A stretch of DNA of 24,361 nt from NCBI GenBank assembly GCA_042216675.1, contig JBDGTS010000036.1, positions 1-24,361 of the forward strand, written 5' to 3'. This stretch comes from Halobacteriaceae archaeon (GTDB lineage Archaea; Halobacteriota; Halobacteria; Halobacteriales; Halobacteriaceae). The translations under genes and the position numbers were made by a program. The notes below the pieces were generated by a model, which ran no database searches, was not told where the DNA came from, and was given only the letters and a program-made list of their open reading frames with translations. Positions 8,585 to 17,188 of the stretch are shown one piece after another. Position 1 is the stretch's first letter. Each line of letters begins with the position of its first letter.

Positions 8585-8824
8585 ATGCACGTCGAGTTCG
8601 ACCGGGACACCTGCATCGGGATGTTCCAGTGCGTCGCGGAGTGGGACGCCTTCGAGAAGAACGAGGACGCCGGTAAGGCCGACCTCGCGGGCGCCGAGGA
8701 AGTCGAGGACGACCTGTTCCGCGTCGAAGTGCCCGAGGGCGAGGAGTTCGACGCCGAGATGGCCGCGCGGGCCTGCCCCGTCGACGCCATCGAACTCTAC
8801 GACGACGGCGAACAGGTCGTCTAA
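8585..8824 (+). CDS. Monocluster ferredoxin, probable [3Fe-4S] type, 79 aa
   Basis: [16 protein letters not shown]…[10 protein letters not shown]: CxxMxxC plus a distal CP; ATG 8585. Confidence 0.88.
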   Translation: MHVEFDRDTCIGMFQCVAEWDAFEKNEDAGKADLAGAEEVEDDLFRVEVPEGEEFDAEMAARACPVDAIELYDDGEQVV

Positions 8825-9735
8825 CCGAGGCGCGCGTACTGGTCGGACAGTTTCTCCGCCGCCTCGTCCAGCAAGTCGCGTTCGTAGTCGGCGAGGTCCC
8901 ACTCCACGACCTCCTCGACGCCGTCCGCGCCGAGTTTGACCGGGACGCCGAGCGCAACGTCGTCGTGGCCGAACTCGCCGTCGAGTTTGATGGACCCCGG
9001 CAGCACCTCGCCGGTGTCGCGCAGGACGGCCTCGACCATGTGCCCGACGCCGGTGGCCGGCCCCCACTCGGTGGCGCCCTTTCGCTCGATGACGTTCATC
9101 GCGGAGGTCTGCAGGTCGCTGAGGATGTCCTCACGCTCCGCCTCCCCGAACTCGGGGTCGGCGCCGTCGACGCGCACCTTCGAGAAGACCGGCACCTGCG
9201 CGTCGCCGTGTTCGCCGAGGATGGTCGCCTCGACGTTCTCGACGGGCACGTCGAAGCGCTCCGCCAGCACGTAGCGGAAGCGCGCGGAGTCCAGTCGCCC
9301 GCCGAAGCCGATGACCGTCTCTCTGGCCCGGTCGCCCGTCTCGTACAGGTGGCGGTTGAGCAGGTCCACCGGGTTCGAGGTGGTGATGGTCACGAAGTCG
9401 TCGTTGTGTTCGGCCAGCGACTCGCCGATGTCGGCCATGATCGGCGCGTTGTCGTCGGCGAGGTCGAGTCGCGTCTGCCCGGGTTGCCGGGGGATGCCCG
9501 CCGTGATGACGACCACGTCCGACCCGGCGGTGTCCTCGTAGGTGCCCTGCCGGACCGTCGTGTTCGTGTCGTAGGCGACCCCGTGGTTGACGTCCGCCGC
9601 CTGCCCGACGGTGTCGTCTTCTTTCTCCGGGATGTCCACGAAGACCAGTTCGTCCGCGACGCCGCGGAGCGCGATGTTGTATCCGGCGGCGGCGCCGACG
9701 GTCCCCGCAGCGCCGATGACGCTGACTTTCGACAT
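8821..9735 (-). CDS. mdh: Malate dehydrogenase (LDH-like, haloarchaeal), 304 aa
   Basis: [14 protein letters not shown] Rossmann motif, [15 protein letters not shown] (MDH Arg), [13 protein letters not shown] and ILGEHGD. The true start is ATG 9735; the track's 5' extension is spurious. Confidence 0.96.
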   Translation of the reverse strand: MSKVSVIGAAGTVGAAAGYNIALRGVADELVFVDIPEKEDDTVGQAADVNHGVAYDTNTTVRQGTYEDTAGSDVVVITAGIPRQPGQTRLDLADDNAPIMADIGESLAEHNDDFVTITTSNPVDLLNRHLYETGDRARETVIGFGGRLDSARFRYVLAERFDVPVENVEATILGEHGDAQVPVFSKVRVDGADPEFGEAEREDILSDLQTSAMNVIERKGATEWGPATGVGHMVEAVLRDTGEVLPGSIKLDGEFGHDDVALGVPVKLGADGVEEVVEWDLADYERDLLDEAAEKLSDQYARLG

Positions 9736-9762
9736 ACCACGTGAAAATGTCGGCGGGTCGGC

Positions 9763-9768
9763 GTTAAA
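9763..9768 (-). promoter_or_regulatory. TATA box of mdh
   Basis: Minus strand TTTAAC, 28-33 nt upstream of the ATG. Confidence 0.6.
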
Positions 9769-9876
9769 TCTCCCGGTTCCCGCGGAAGGAACAGTCGTTC
9801 GACGGAATTGGAATCGACGGATGTCGAATTCACCACCTCCGCAGGGGTTTTGGGCGTTCCCCGTCAACCGCTGTGC

Positions 9877-10506
9877 ATGAGCGACTTCGACAAGGAGGCA
9901 GAGCGCCAGCGCCTCCGCGAGAAGTACGAGGAAGAGGAGGCAGAGCGCGAGGTGACCCAGCAGATGAGCGAACTGCTGCTTCGGGGCGCCACGATGACGA
10001 ACAAGCACTGCGAGCAGTGCCAGAATCCCGTCTTCCGCTACGAGGGAGAGGAGTTCTGTCCGGTGTGTCAAGGCGCCGTCGAGGGCGAGGGCGCCGCGCA
10101 GGCCGAGACGCAGGCACAGCCCGAGACGCAGGCGGAACCCCAGTCCGAGACGCAGGCCACGGAGTCCGGCGCCACCGCGGAGTTCGACGACGGCGCCGCC
10201 GAGACGGCGGGCACGCCGAGCGTCGGCGCCTCCGAGCCGAGCGGCACCGAACCCGAGCCGACCCAGCGACCGGAGTCCGAGCCGGCTCAGCGACCGGAGT
10301 CGGAGCCGACCCAGCGAACCAAGCGCCAACCTCGCGCCGAATCCGCCGCAGGCGACCTGAGCGCCGCCCGCGAATCGCTGGTCCGCACGCTGACGGACCT
10401 CGCCGACCGCGCGGAGCGAACGAGCGACGTGCGCCGACAGCGAGACTTGCTCGCCGGCGCGCGCGAGGCGGCGGAGGCCATCGAGGCGCTGGACCGCGCC
10501 CGATAA
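9877..10506 (+). CDS. Sjogren's syndrome/scleroderma autoantigen 1 (p27)-like Zn-finger protein
   Basis: [35 protein letters not shown] (CxxC…CxxC), a low-complexity linker and a C-terminal helical hairpin; start ATG 9877. Confidence 0.88.
   Translation: MSDFDKEAERQRLREKYEEEEAEREVTQQMSELLLRGATMTNKHCEQCQNPVFRYEGEEFCPVCQGAVEGEGAAQAETQAQPETQAEPQSETQATESGATAEFDDGAAETAGTPSVGASEPSGTEPEPTQRPESEPAQRPESEPTQRTKRQPRAESAAGDLSAARESLVRTLTDLADRAERTSDVRRQRDLLAGAREAAEAIEALDRAR
10255..10317 (+). repeat. In-frame 24-bp tandem repeat (about 2.6 copies), EP(T/A)QRPES
   Basis: gagccgacccagcgaccggagtcc / gagccggctcagcgaccggagtcg / gagccgacccagcga. Confidence 0.9.
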
Positions 10507-10522
10507 CCCGGCCGCGCTACCC

Positions 10523-10542
10523 CTTCGTCGGCACCGACGAGG
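10523..10542. terminator. Short hairpin in convergent intergenic region (possible 3'-end structure)
   Basis: CTTCGTCG-gcac-CGACGAGG, an 8-bp stem with one G-U pair, between the p27-like and hef stop codons. Confidence 0.3.
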
Positions 10543-10570
10543 CGCGCATCGACGCCAGCGGCCGTCTCGC

Positions 10571-12931
10571 TCAGGGGTCGTAGGGACTGCCTGCGACGCG
10601 GCGAATCGCCGCCGCCGTCACTTCGCCGACGCCGTCGACGGCCTGCAGTTCCTCCTCGTCGGCCGTGAACACGGCCTCGACGCTCCCGAAGTGCGCGAGG
10701 AGGCTCCCCGCCGTCACCGGCCCCACGTCCGCGACGGCGGCGACGACGTACTCCTGCTGTTCGGCGAGCGTCTTCGCCGCCTTGTCACCGTGGACGCTCA
10801 CCTCCCGGTCGTTGCCCTCCTGCTCTCGGCGGGCCAGTGCTTCCAGCAGGTCCGCGGTGCCGTCCGCGTCCTCGGTTCGGAGGACGCTCGCGCCGAAGTC
10901 GGCCGCGAGCGACGCCAGCGCGCCGCGAACGGCGTTCGGGTGGACGTTCCGCTCGCCGTAGAGGTCCGTGCCCTCGACGACGACGACGGGCCGGTCGTAG
11001 TGCCGGGCCATGTCGCCCACCTGCTCGAAGACGGAGCGCTCGCCCCCCACCAGCGAGTCGAGGAAGTCCGCGACCGACTTGCGCTCGACTGCGACCCGGT
11101 CGCTCGCCACGTAGTCGCCGACGGCGAGCGTTTCGAGGTCGATGGTGAGGCCCTCGCGCGTCGAGAGGTCCCGCGCGATGGTCGCGTCCATCTCGCGCTG
11201 GTCGGCGACGATTTCCACGGCCTCGCCCTCGTCGTCGCCGGCCCGCACGACTGTGCCCTCGGGGTCCTCGGTGTCCCCGTCGGCGTCGTGGTCCGGCGCC
11301 ACGGCCATCCCGCCGTCCCCGTCGGCCTCGTCGTCGCCGTCGGCGAACGCGTCGAGACCCGCCTGCTCGTCCACGAGTTCGTCGGTCAGGTCCTCCTCCA
11401 TGTCCTTGATTTCGGCCAGTTCGTCCGCCATCTCCTGCTCGCGGCGGCGCGCGATCCAGAAGTACGCCTCGTCTCGGGTGTCCTCGGCGAGCAGGACCAC
11501 TGCTTTGCCCTCGGTCCCGCGGCCCGTGCGCCCCATCCGCTGAATCGAGCGGATGGCCGTCGGCACCGGTTCGTAGAACAGCACGAGGTCCACGTCGGGC
11601 ACGTCGAGGCCCTCCTCGGCGACGGAGGTGGAGACGAGCACCTCGAACTCGCCGGCCCGGAACGCCTCCAAGGTCTCTTGCTGTTCGGTCTGGGTCATGC
11701 CGGGCGACGCCTCCTTGTCGCCCTGCCCGACGAAGCGCCGCGTCTCGAAGTGTTCGCCGAGGAACTCCGTCAGGGCCTCGGCGGTGTCGCGGGACTCCGT
11801 GAACACGATGACCCGTTCACCCCCCTCGATGCCCAGCGTCTCCGCGAGGCGCATCCGCGCCTGCCGGAACTTCGGGTGCAGGTCGTCGTAGTCCTCGGCG
11901 AGACGAATCGCGCGCTTCACGTCCGGGTCCGAGATGAGGCGCTGGTCGGCCTTCGACGCGCCCGAGGAGTTCGCGGCGTTGCGCAGTCGCTCGACGTAGC
12001 GTCGCAACGACTCGACGCTCTGGGTCTCGACGTAGACGACGGCCTGCCGGAGTTTCCGCACCTCGGCGTGCAGGCTCATCCCCTCGTAGCCCGCCGAGTC
12101 GCCCTCGTCGATGAGCGACCGGAGTTTCCCCTGCATCCGGTTGATCTCCTTCTCCGACATCGAGGGGTCCGTCTTGTTCGTCACCCCCAGCTCCTTCAGC
12201 TGTTCGAGGCGGTCCGTGATGACCCCGTTCAGGAGGTCCCGAATCTCCGCGACGGTCTCGGGGAGGTCCACGCGCACCCAGTCCACGTCGGTGGTGCCCG
12301 CGTACGGCTTCACGTCCGGGTCGTCGCTCGTCTTCACGGCGACGTTCTCGACGCCGAGGTTGTCACACACCGTCAGCACCGTCTCCCGGTCGTCGCCGGG
12401 CGAGGCGCTCATCGCCGTCACCAGCGGGTCCGCGGCGTCGTCGTGGTAGCGCTCCGCGATGTAGGCGTAGGCGTAGTCCCCCGTCGCGCGGTGGCACTCG
12501 TCGAAGGTGCAGTGGACCACGTCGCGAAGCGAGATGCGGTCGCCCACGAGGTCGTTCTCCACGACTTGCGGCGTCGCGATGACGACGCGGGCGTCGTCCC
12601 AGAGGGCCGCCCGGTCGTCCGGGCTCACCTCGCCCGTGAACACGACGATTTCGTCGTCGGGAATCGCCAGCGCCTCCCGGTAGGAGGCCGCGTGTTGCTC
12701 GACGAGCGGTTTCGTCGGCGCCAGCAGGAGCGCCTTCGCGCCCGCGTCGGCCGCGAGTCGCTTTGCGGTGACGAGGAGGCTCACGGCCGTCTTGCCCAGC
12801 CCCGTCGGCAGGCAGACGAGGGTGTGGCGGGCGCTGGCTTCGTCGGCGAGGTCCGTCTGGTAGGGACGGGCTTCGAGCGCTCCCGCTTCCAGCAGGGGAT
12901 GCTCGACGTACTCGTCCGTGGCGGCTGCCAT
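10571..12931 (-). CDS. hef: Hef: FANCM-like DEAH helicase fused to an ERCC4/XPF nuclease
   Basis: [26 protein letters not shown] and QRMGRTGR helicase motifs; nuclease GDY…ERKS…D; C-terminal HhH2. Confidence 0.96.
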   Translation of the reverse strand: MAAATDEYVEHPLLEAGALEARPYQTDLADEASARHTLVCLPTGLGKTAVSLLVTAKRLAADAGAKALLLAPTKPLVEQHAASYREALAIPDDEIVVFTGEVSPDDRAALWDDARVVIATPQVVENDLVGDRISLRDVVHCTFDECHRATGDYAYAYIAERYHDDAADPLVTAMSASPGDDRETVLTVCDNLGVENVAVKTSDDPDVKPYAGTTDVDWVRVDLPETVAEIRDLLNGVITDRLEQLKELGVTNKTDPSMSEKEINRMQGKLRSLIDEGDSAGYEGMSLHAEVRKLRQAVVYVETQSVESLRRYVERLRNAANSSGASKADQRLISDPDVKRAIRLAEDYDDLHPKFRQARMRLAETLGIEGGERVIVFTESRDTAEALTEFLGEHFETRRFVGQGDKEASPGMTQTEQQETLEAFRAGEFEVLVSTSVAEEGLDVPDVDLVLFYEPVPTAIRSIQRMGRTGRGTEGKAVVLLAEDTRDEAYFWIARRREQEMADELAEIKDMEEDLTDELVDEQAGLDAFADGDDEADGDGGMAVAPDHDADGDTEDPEGTVVRAGDDEGEAVEIVADQREMDATIARDLSTREGLTIDLETLAVGDYVASDRVAVERKSVADFLDSLVGGERSVFEQVGDMARHYDRPVVVVEGTDLYGERNVHPNAVRGALASLAADFGASVLRTEDADGTADLLEALARREQEGNDREVSVHGDKAAKTLAEQQEYVVAAVADVGPVTAGSLLAHFGSVEAVFTADEEELQAVDGVGEVTAAAIRRVAGSPYDP

Positions 12932-12955
12932 CGTCCGTGGTTGGCGGTCACGGCG

Positions 12956-12961
12956 TTTAAC
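12956..12961 (-). promoter_or_regulatory. TATA box of hef
   Basis: Minus strand GTTAAA, 25-30 nt upstream of the ATG. Confidence 0.6.
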
Positions 12962-13038
12962 TCTTGGCGAGCGGTAGTCCCGCCGACCGGGAATTAGCCT
13001 CTCGATTGAGGGCCGTGGGGGTCGTACTCACAATCGTA

Positions 13039-13458
13039 ATGCCAGTCGAAGACCTCGCTCGCCGCACAGTTGTGACGGCGAGCCCAGACACGGACGTACA
13101 GGACCTCGCGGCGACGATGCGCGAGGAGGACGTTGGGAGTGTCGTCGTCACGGAGGGCGACGAACCGGTCGGCATCGCCACCGACCGGGACGTGGCGCTC
13201 CGCGTCGTCGCGGACGGCCTCGACCCGGACGGGGCCACGACGGCGGACGTGATGACGGAGAACCCCGTCGTCGTCGCGCCCGAAGCGGGCTTCTACGAGA
13301 CGGCGCGGGCCATGAGCGAACACGGCGTCCGCCGCATCCCCCTCGTCGAGGACGACGAACTCGTCGGTATTCTCACCGCGGACGACCTGACGGAACTGCT
13401 CGCTGACGAGAGCGAGGCGCTCGCGGACGTGATCCGCGCCCAGCGCCCGCCGTACTGA
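13039..13458 (+). CDS. CBS-domain protein, 139 aa
   Basis: VGSVVVTEGDEPVGIATDRD and VRRIPLVEDDELVGILTADD; start ATG 13039. Confidence 0.92.
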   Translation: MPVEDLARRTVVTASPDTDVQDLAATMREEDVGSVVVTEGDEPVGIATDRDVALRVVADGLDPDGATTADVMTENPVVVAPEAGFYETARAMSEHGVRRIPLVEDDELVGILTADDLTELLADESEALADVIRAQRPPY

Positions 13459-13459
13459 G

Positions 13460-13576
13460 TCAGCCCAGCAGTTCCAGCCCGACTTCCAGCAGTTGGTCCA
13501 CGTCCACGACGTACAGCACCACCCCGGCCACGACGACGACGGCGAGTGCAACGAGCGTCCACTCGACTGGTGTCAT
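13460..13576 (-). CDS. Small single-TM protein, 38 aa (not in ORF track)
   Basis: ATG…TGA encodes MTPVEWTLVALAVVVVAGVVLYVVDVDQLLEVGLELLG with GC3-rich codons. It fills the gap, and a T-rich box lies 24-29 nt upstream. Confidence 0.7.
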   Translation of the reverse strand: MTPVEWTLVALAVVVVAGVVLYVVDVDQLLEVGLELLG

Positions 13577-13618
13577 GGGTCACAGTCCGGCCGCGCGGCC
13601 AAAATGCGTGGTGGCCGC

Positions 13619-14197
13619 TCAGAGCGGCGCGTGGACCGTCGTGGCCCACATCGCCGCGCCGGCTAGCAGGGGGATGGTGAGGTTGTCGTCGATGACGTGC
13701 GTGCGGACGACGGGCTTGTAGCCGTCGGCCACCGTCGCCCCCGCCGCGCCCGCGACGGCCGCCCCCGGCGACACGAACGGGGCCGCCAACAGCAGGCAGA
13801 CGCCGAACATCACGAGCAGGACCCACGCCTGCTTGGCGATGTTGTCCGCCGAGAGCAGTCCGCTGATGGGGTCGCCGATGGCGAGCATCAGCATCGCCGG
13901 AATCCCCGCCCACGGCGGAAAGAAGAGTGCCGCGGCCGTCATCCCGAACAGGTAGAGCGCGTAGCCCGCGATGTTGTCCGCCTCGTAGCCGCGCGTGAGT
14001 TTGTCGAAGACGGCCCAGTCGACGTAGCCGGCGAGGCGGAGCGCTTCGAGGCCGAGCGCCACGGCGGAACTGGCGACGAGGAGCGCCTGCAGTTCGGGCC
14101 AGCCGACGAGGCCCACGCCGAACTCGCGGTCCAGCAGATACAGCAGGGGGTAGCCGACGCCCGACGCGTGGACGAGGCGGCGGGCGAGTTCCCCCAT
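13619..14197 (-). CDS. Dolichol kinase / phytol kinase (cytidylyltransferase-family) membrane protein
   Basis: ELARRLVHASG, TRGYE, LAIGDPISGLL and IDDNLTIP motifs; multiple TM helices. Confidence 0.88.
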   Translation of the reverse strand: MGELARRLVHASGVGYPLLYLLDREFGVGLVGWPELQALLVASSAVALGLEALRLAGYVDWAVFDKLTRGYEADNIAGYALYLFGMTAAALFFPPWAGIPAMLMLAIGDPISGLLSADNIAKQAWVLLVMFGVCLLLAAPFVSPGAAVAGAAGATVADGYKPVVRTHVIDDNLTIPLLAGAAMWATTVHAPL

Positions 14198-14199
14198 CG

Positions 14200-15942
14200 C
14201 TACTCGACGAGGGCGGCGAAGTCGCGGCGGCCCTCCGCGAGGGCAGCCAGTTCGTCCGCGAGGTCCGCGATGGGGACGCGGGCCTGCTCCGTCGAGTCAC
14301 GCTCGCGGAGGGTCACCGTGTCGTCCTCCAGCGTGTCGTAGTCGACGGTGACACAGAAGGGAGTGCCCACCTCGTCCTGCCGGCGGTAGCGCCGGCCGAT
14401 GTTGCCCGAATCGTCGTACGTGACCGAGAGGCCCGCCTCGCGGAGGCGCTGGGCCACCTCGTCGGCCCGGTCGCCCATCCCGTCGCGGTCCATCAGGGGG
14501 AAGACGGCAACCGTCGTCGGCGCGATTTCCGGCGGGAGACGCAGGACGCGGCGCTCCTCGCCCTCGACCTCGTCCGTCCCGTCGTTGTGGGTCAGCACCG
14601 CGAACACCGCGCGGTCCACGCCGAAGGACGGTTCGACGACGCGCGGCGTGACGTGTTCGCCGCTCTCCGTCTCCTCCGTGACGGCGAATCCCGTCTTCTC
14701 GACGGGGATTTCGTGTGTCTCGTCGTCGACGGTGACCGTCACGACGTCGCCCTCGAAGGCTTCCGGGTCGCTCCGGGCGAGCGATTCGAGGCGCTCCGCG
14801 ATGGCGGCGGCCTCGCCGCCGAACTCCGGACCGAGGTAGCTCATGTCCGGGTCCACCGTCGCTCGCTCGACGGTCCGGGGTTCGTCGTACTCCTCGAAGA
14901 CGGTGAAGTCGTCGTCGCTGTACTCGCCGTGCTTCGAGAGGTCGTACTGGCCGCGGTCCGCGAAGCCGGCCATCTCTATCCACTCTGCCTCGTCGTCGCC
15001 CACGTCGGCCTCGGCGTCCCAGCAGTCGTTGGCGTAGTGGGCGCGTTCGCCCGCCTGATGCTGGCGGAACCGGAACCGGTCCATGTCGATGCCGATGCGG
15101 TCGTACCACCGCGCGGCGACGCCGAGGTAGTACGCGACCCACGCGTTCTCGACGACGCCGTCCGCGACGGCGTCGGCCACCGTCGTCTCCAGATACTCGG
15201 TGTCGCCCTCGCCCTGTCGCTCGGCGGGGTAGAGGGTGAGAGAGACGTCCGCCACCGACGAGAGGTCCGGGTCCTCGTAGTCGGGTCGGAGGAACAGTTC
15301 GAGTTCGGCCTGTGTGAACTCCCGGGTGCGCACCAGCGCGTTCCGCGGGCTGATTTCGTTCCGATAGGCCCGGCCGATTTGGGTGACGCCGAAGGGGAGT
15401 TGGCCGCGGGCGTACTCTTTCAGTCGCGGGAACTCCACGAAGATGCCCTGTGCCGTCTCGGGGCGGAGGTAGCCCGGTTGGCCGTCGCCGGGGCCGATGC
15501 CCGTCTCGAACATGAGGTTGAACTCCTCGACGGGGCGGCCCGCGAGGGCAGCGCCACAGGTCGGGCACTGCAGGTCGAGGTCCGCGATGACCTCGACCAT
15601 CTCGGCGGGGTCGTACGTCTCGGCGTCCTCGATGTCGCTGTTGTCCTCGACGAGGTGGTCCGCGCGGTGGGTGCCGCCACACTCCCCGCACTCCACGAGC
15701 ATGTCGTCGAAGATGTCGAGGTGGCCCGAGGCCTCGAAGACGGGTTCGGGCATGATGGTCGGCGCGTCGATTTCGATGTTGCCCTCCCGGACCGCGAACC
15801 GGTCGCGCCACGCGTCCTCGACGTTCTGCTTCAGCGCCGCGCCCGCGGGGCCGTAACTGTAGAAGCCGCCGACGCCGCCGTAGGCCGACGCGGACTGGAA
15901 GAAGAAGCCGCGACGCTTGGCGAGTTCCGCGAGGTCCGTCAT
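14200..15942 (-). CDS. glyS: Glycine--tRNA ligase (alpha2, archaeal/eukaryotic type), 580 aa
   Basis: LAKRRGFF, ASGH, YLRPETAQG, QIGRAYRNEISP…RTREFTQAE, AHYA, VVEPSFGVDR and anticodon-binding IGRRYRRQDEVGTP. The true start is ATG 15942. Confidence 0.97.
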   Translation of the reverse strand: MTDLAELAKRRGFFFQSASAYGGVGGFYSYGPAGAALKQNVEDAWRDRFAVREGNIEIDAPTIMPEPVFEASGHLDIFDDMLVECGECGGTHRADHLVEDNSDIEDAETYDPAEMVEVIADLDLQCPTCGAALAGRPVEEFNLMFETGIGPGDGQPGYLRPETAQGIFVEFPRLKEYARGQLPFGVTQIGRAYRNEISPRNALVRTREFTQAELELFLRPDYEDPDLSSVADVSLTLYPAERQGEGDTEYLETTVADAVADGVVENAWVAYYLGVAARWYDRIGIDMDRFRFRQHQAGERAHYANDCWDAEADVGDDEAEWIEMAGFADRGQYDLSKHGEYSDDDFTVFEEYDEPRTVERATVDPDMSYLGPEFGGEAAAIAERLESLARSDPEAFEGDVVTVTVDDETHEIPVEKTGFAVTEETESGEHVTPRVVEPSFGVDRAVFAVLTHNDGTDEVEGEERRVLRLPPEIAPTTVAVFPLMDRDGMGDRADEVAQRLREAGLSVTYDDSGNIGRRYRRQDEVGTPFCVTVDYDTLEDDTVTLRERDSTEQARVPIADLADELAALAEGRRDFAALVE

Positions 15943-16790
15943 AGCGCCTTCAGGAGGTCCAGGTCGCGCACGATGCCCGCGAGTTCGTCGCCGCGGACGA
16001 GTGGCACCTGCTCGATGTCGTGTTCGATCATCACCTGCGCCACCTCCTGCACCGTCCGGCGTCCGTTCACCGTCACCGGGTCGGGCGTCATGAACTCCGC
16101 GACGGGACCGGTGGGGAGTTCGACGTTCCGGGTCGGCATGTGGCGACTGCCGACGGCCTTGATGCCCTCCCACATCCACTCGTCGTCCTGATTCGCGACG
16201 CTCGCGCCGGTGTCCTCCTCGCCCTCGACGACGCGCGCCACGTCGATGATGTCGACTTCCGTGAGGATGCCGGTCATCTCGGCGTCGTCGTCGAGGACGA
16301 CGGCGTAGGGGACCCGTGCGTAGGAGAGTTCTCGCTCCGCGACGATGAGGGGCGTGCCGACGTGCGTCGCGTTCACGTCGCGGCGCGCGAGGTCCGCCAC
16401 CGTGTGGTCGCCGTCCTCCACGTCGCCCGTCGCCAGCGCCCGGACCACGTCGGTGACGGTGACGATGCCCTCCAGTCGGTCGCCGTCCACGACTGGGATG
16501 CGGCGCGCGTTCTCGGCGAGGATGAGCGACGCCACGTCCTGAATCGAGTCGTCGCCCGCGGCGGTCGGCACGTCCTCCATCAGGATGGCGAGTTGGTCCT
16601 CGTCCGGGTTCTCGATGAGGTCCTCGCGGGAGACGAGGGCGCGGTAGCGCTCTGCCCCGTCGGTCTCCTTCACGACAGGTACCGAGGAGAACTTCTCCTC
16701 CTGCAGGTACCGCAACACGTCGTCGCGGGTGCCCGGCAGGTCGACGGTCACCACCTCCGAGCGGGGGGTCATCGCGTCTGCGACGTTCAT
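15939..16790 (-). CDS. Tandem CBS-domain protein (four CBS repeats), 283 aa
   Basis: FSSVPVV, ARRIPVVDGDRLEGIVT, YAVVLDD…GILTEVD and IEQVPLVRGDELAGIVRD. The stop overlaps the glyS start (ATGA). Confidence 0.93.
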   Translation of the reverse strand: MNVADAMTPRSEVVTVDLPGTRDDVLRYLQEEKFSSVPVVKETDGAERYRALVSREDLIENPDEDQLAILMEDVPTAAGDDSIQDVASLILAENARRIPVVDGDRLEGIVTVTDVVRALATGDVEDGDHTVADLARRDVNATHVGTPLIVAERELSYARVPYAVVLDDDAEMTGILTEVDIIDVARVVEGEEDTGASVANQDDEWMWEGIKAVGSRHMPTRNVELPTGPVAEFMTPDPVTVNGRRTVQEVAQVMIEHDIEQVPLVRGDELAGIVRDLDLLKAL

Positions 16791-16891
16791 ACGGCCCGCG
16801 TACTACCTCGGGCCTATTGTACCCTGCGACCCGCCTTCGGGATGGTCTCCGGTTCGGAATGTTTATACGTCCGTGTGATACACTCTCATGC

Positions 16892-17062
16892 ATGGCCGCC
16901 GAACCCCACTTGGACGGCGCGCAGGCCGACGACGGCGAGGTCATGGCATCCATCGACGACGTCGATGGCGCCGAGCGCCTCGTCATCGCCGACGTGTCCC
17001 GCGACGATGCGTGGGTCTCCACACCCGCGGGCTGCGGCGCGGAACTCTCCGAGTGGCGGTAG
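16892..17062 (+). CDS. Small conserved haloarchaeal protein, 56 aa (DUF7556-like, from memory)
   Basis: MAAEPHLDGAQADDGEVMASIDDVDGAERLVIADVSRDDAWVS…W. A clear TTTATA box at 16862-16867 lies 25-30 nt upstream. Confidence 0.75.
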   Translation: MAAEPHLDGAQADDGEVMASIDDVDGAERLVIADVSRDDAWVSTPAGCGAELSEWR

Positions 17063-17188
17063 CGGCGACGTTTCATCCTCACGACGTTCATCGACCGGGT
17101 AGCGAGAGCTCTCTCGCCGACGCTCGACCCGTTCCCCGACACCTGTTAGGCCTCCGTACTTTTTCCACCCCCTCCCTACGCCCGCCCG

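Noticed and set aside
3356-8824. Tail-to-tail 4-bp stop overlaps at 3356-3359 and 8821-8824
   Set aside because: These are common in compact haloarchaeal genomes and show no evidence of special function on their own.
9736-10329. Apparent N-terminal extension of MDH
   Set aside because: It is antisense to the p27-like gene and crosses the mdh promoter. MDH starts at 9735.
10519-10528. ACCCCTTCGT, reverse complement of the ORB G-string half
   Set aside because: The GTTTC-N3-TGGA dyad is missing, so it is not the inverted partner ORB.
15943-17142. Apparent 400-aa N-terminal extension of GlyRS (track ORF 14200-17142)
   Set aside because: It is out-of-frame read-through of the CBS gene. GlyRS homology begins at MTDLAELAKRRG (15942), which has an ATGA overlap.
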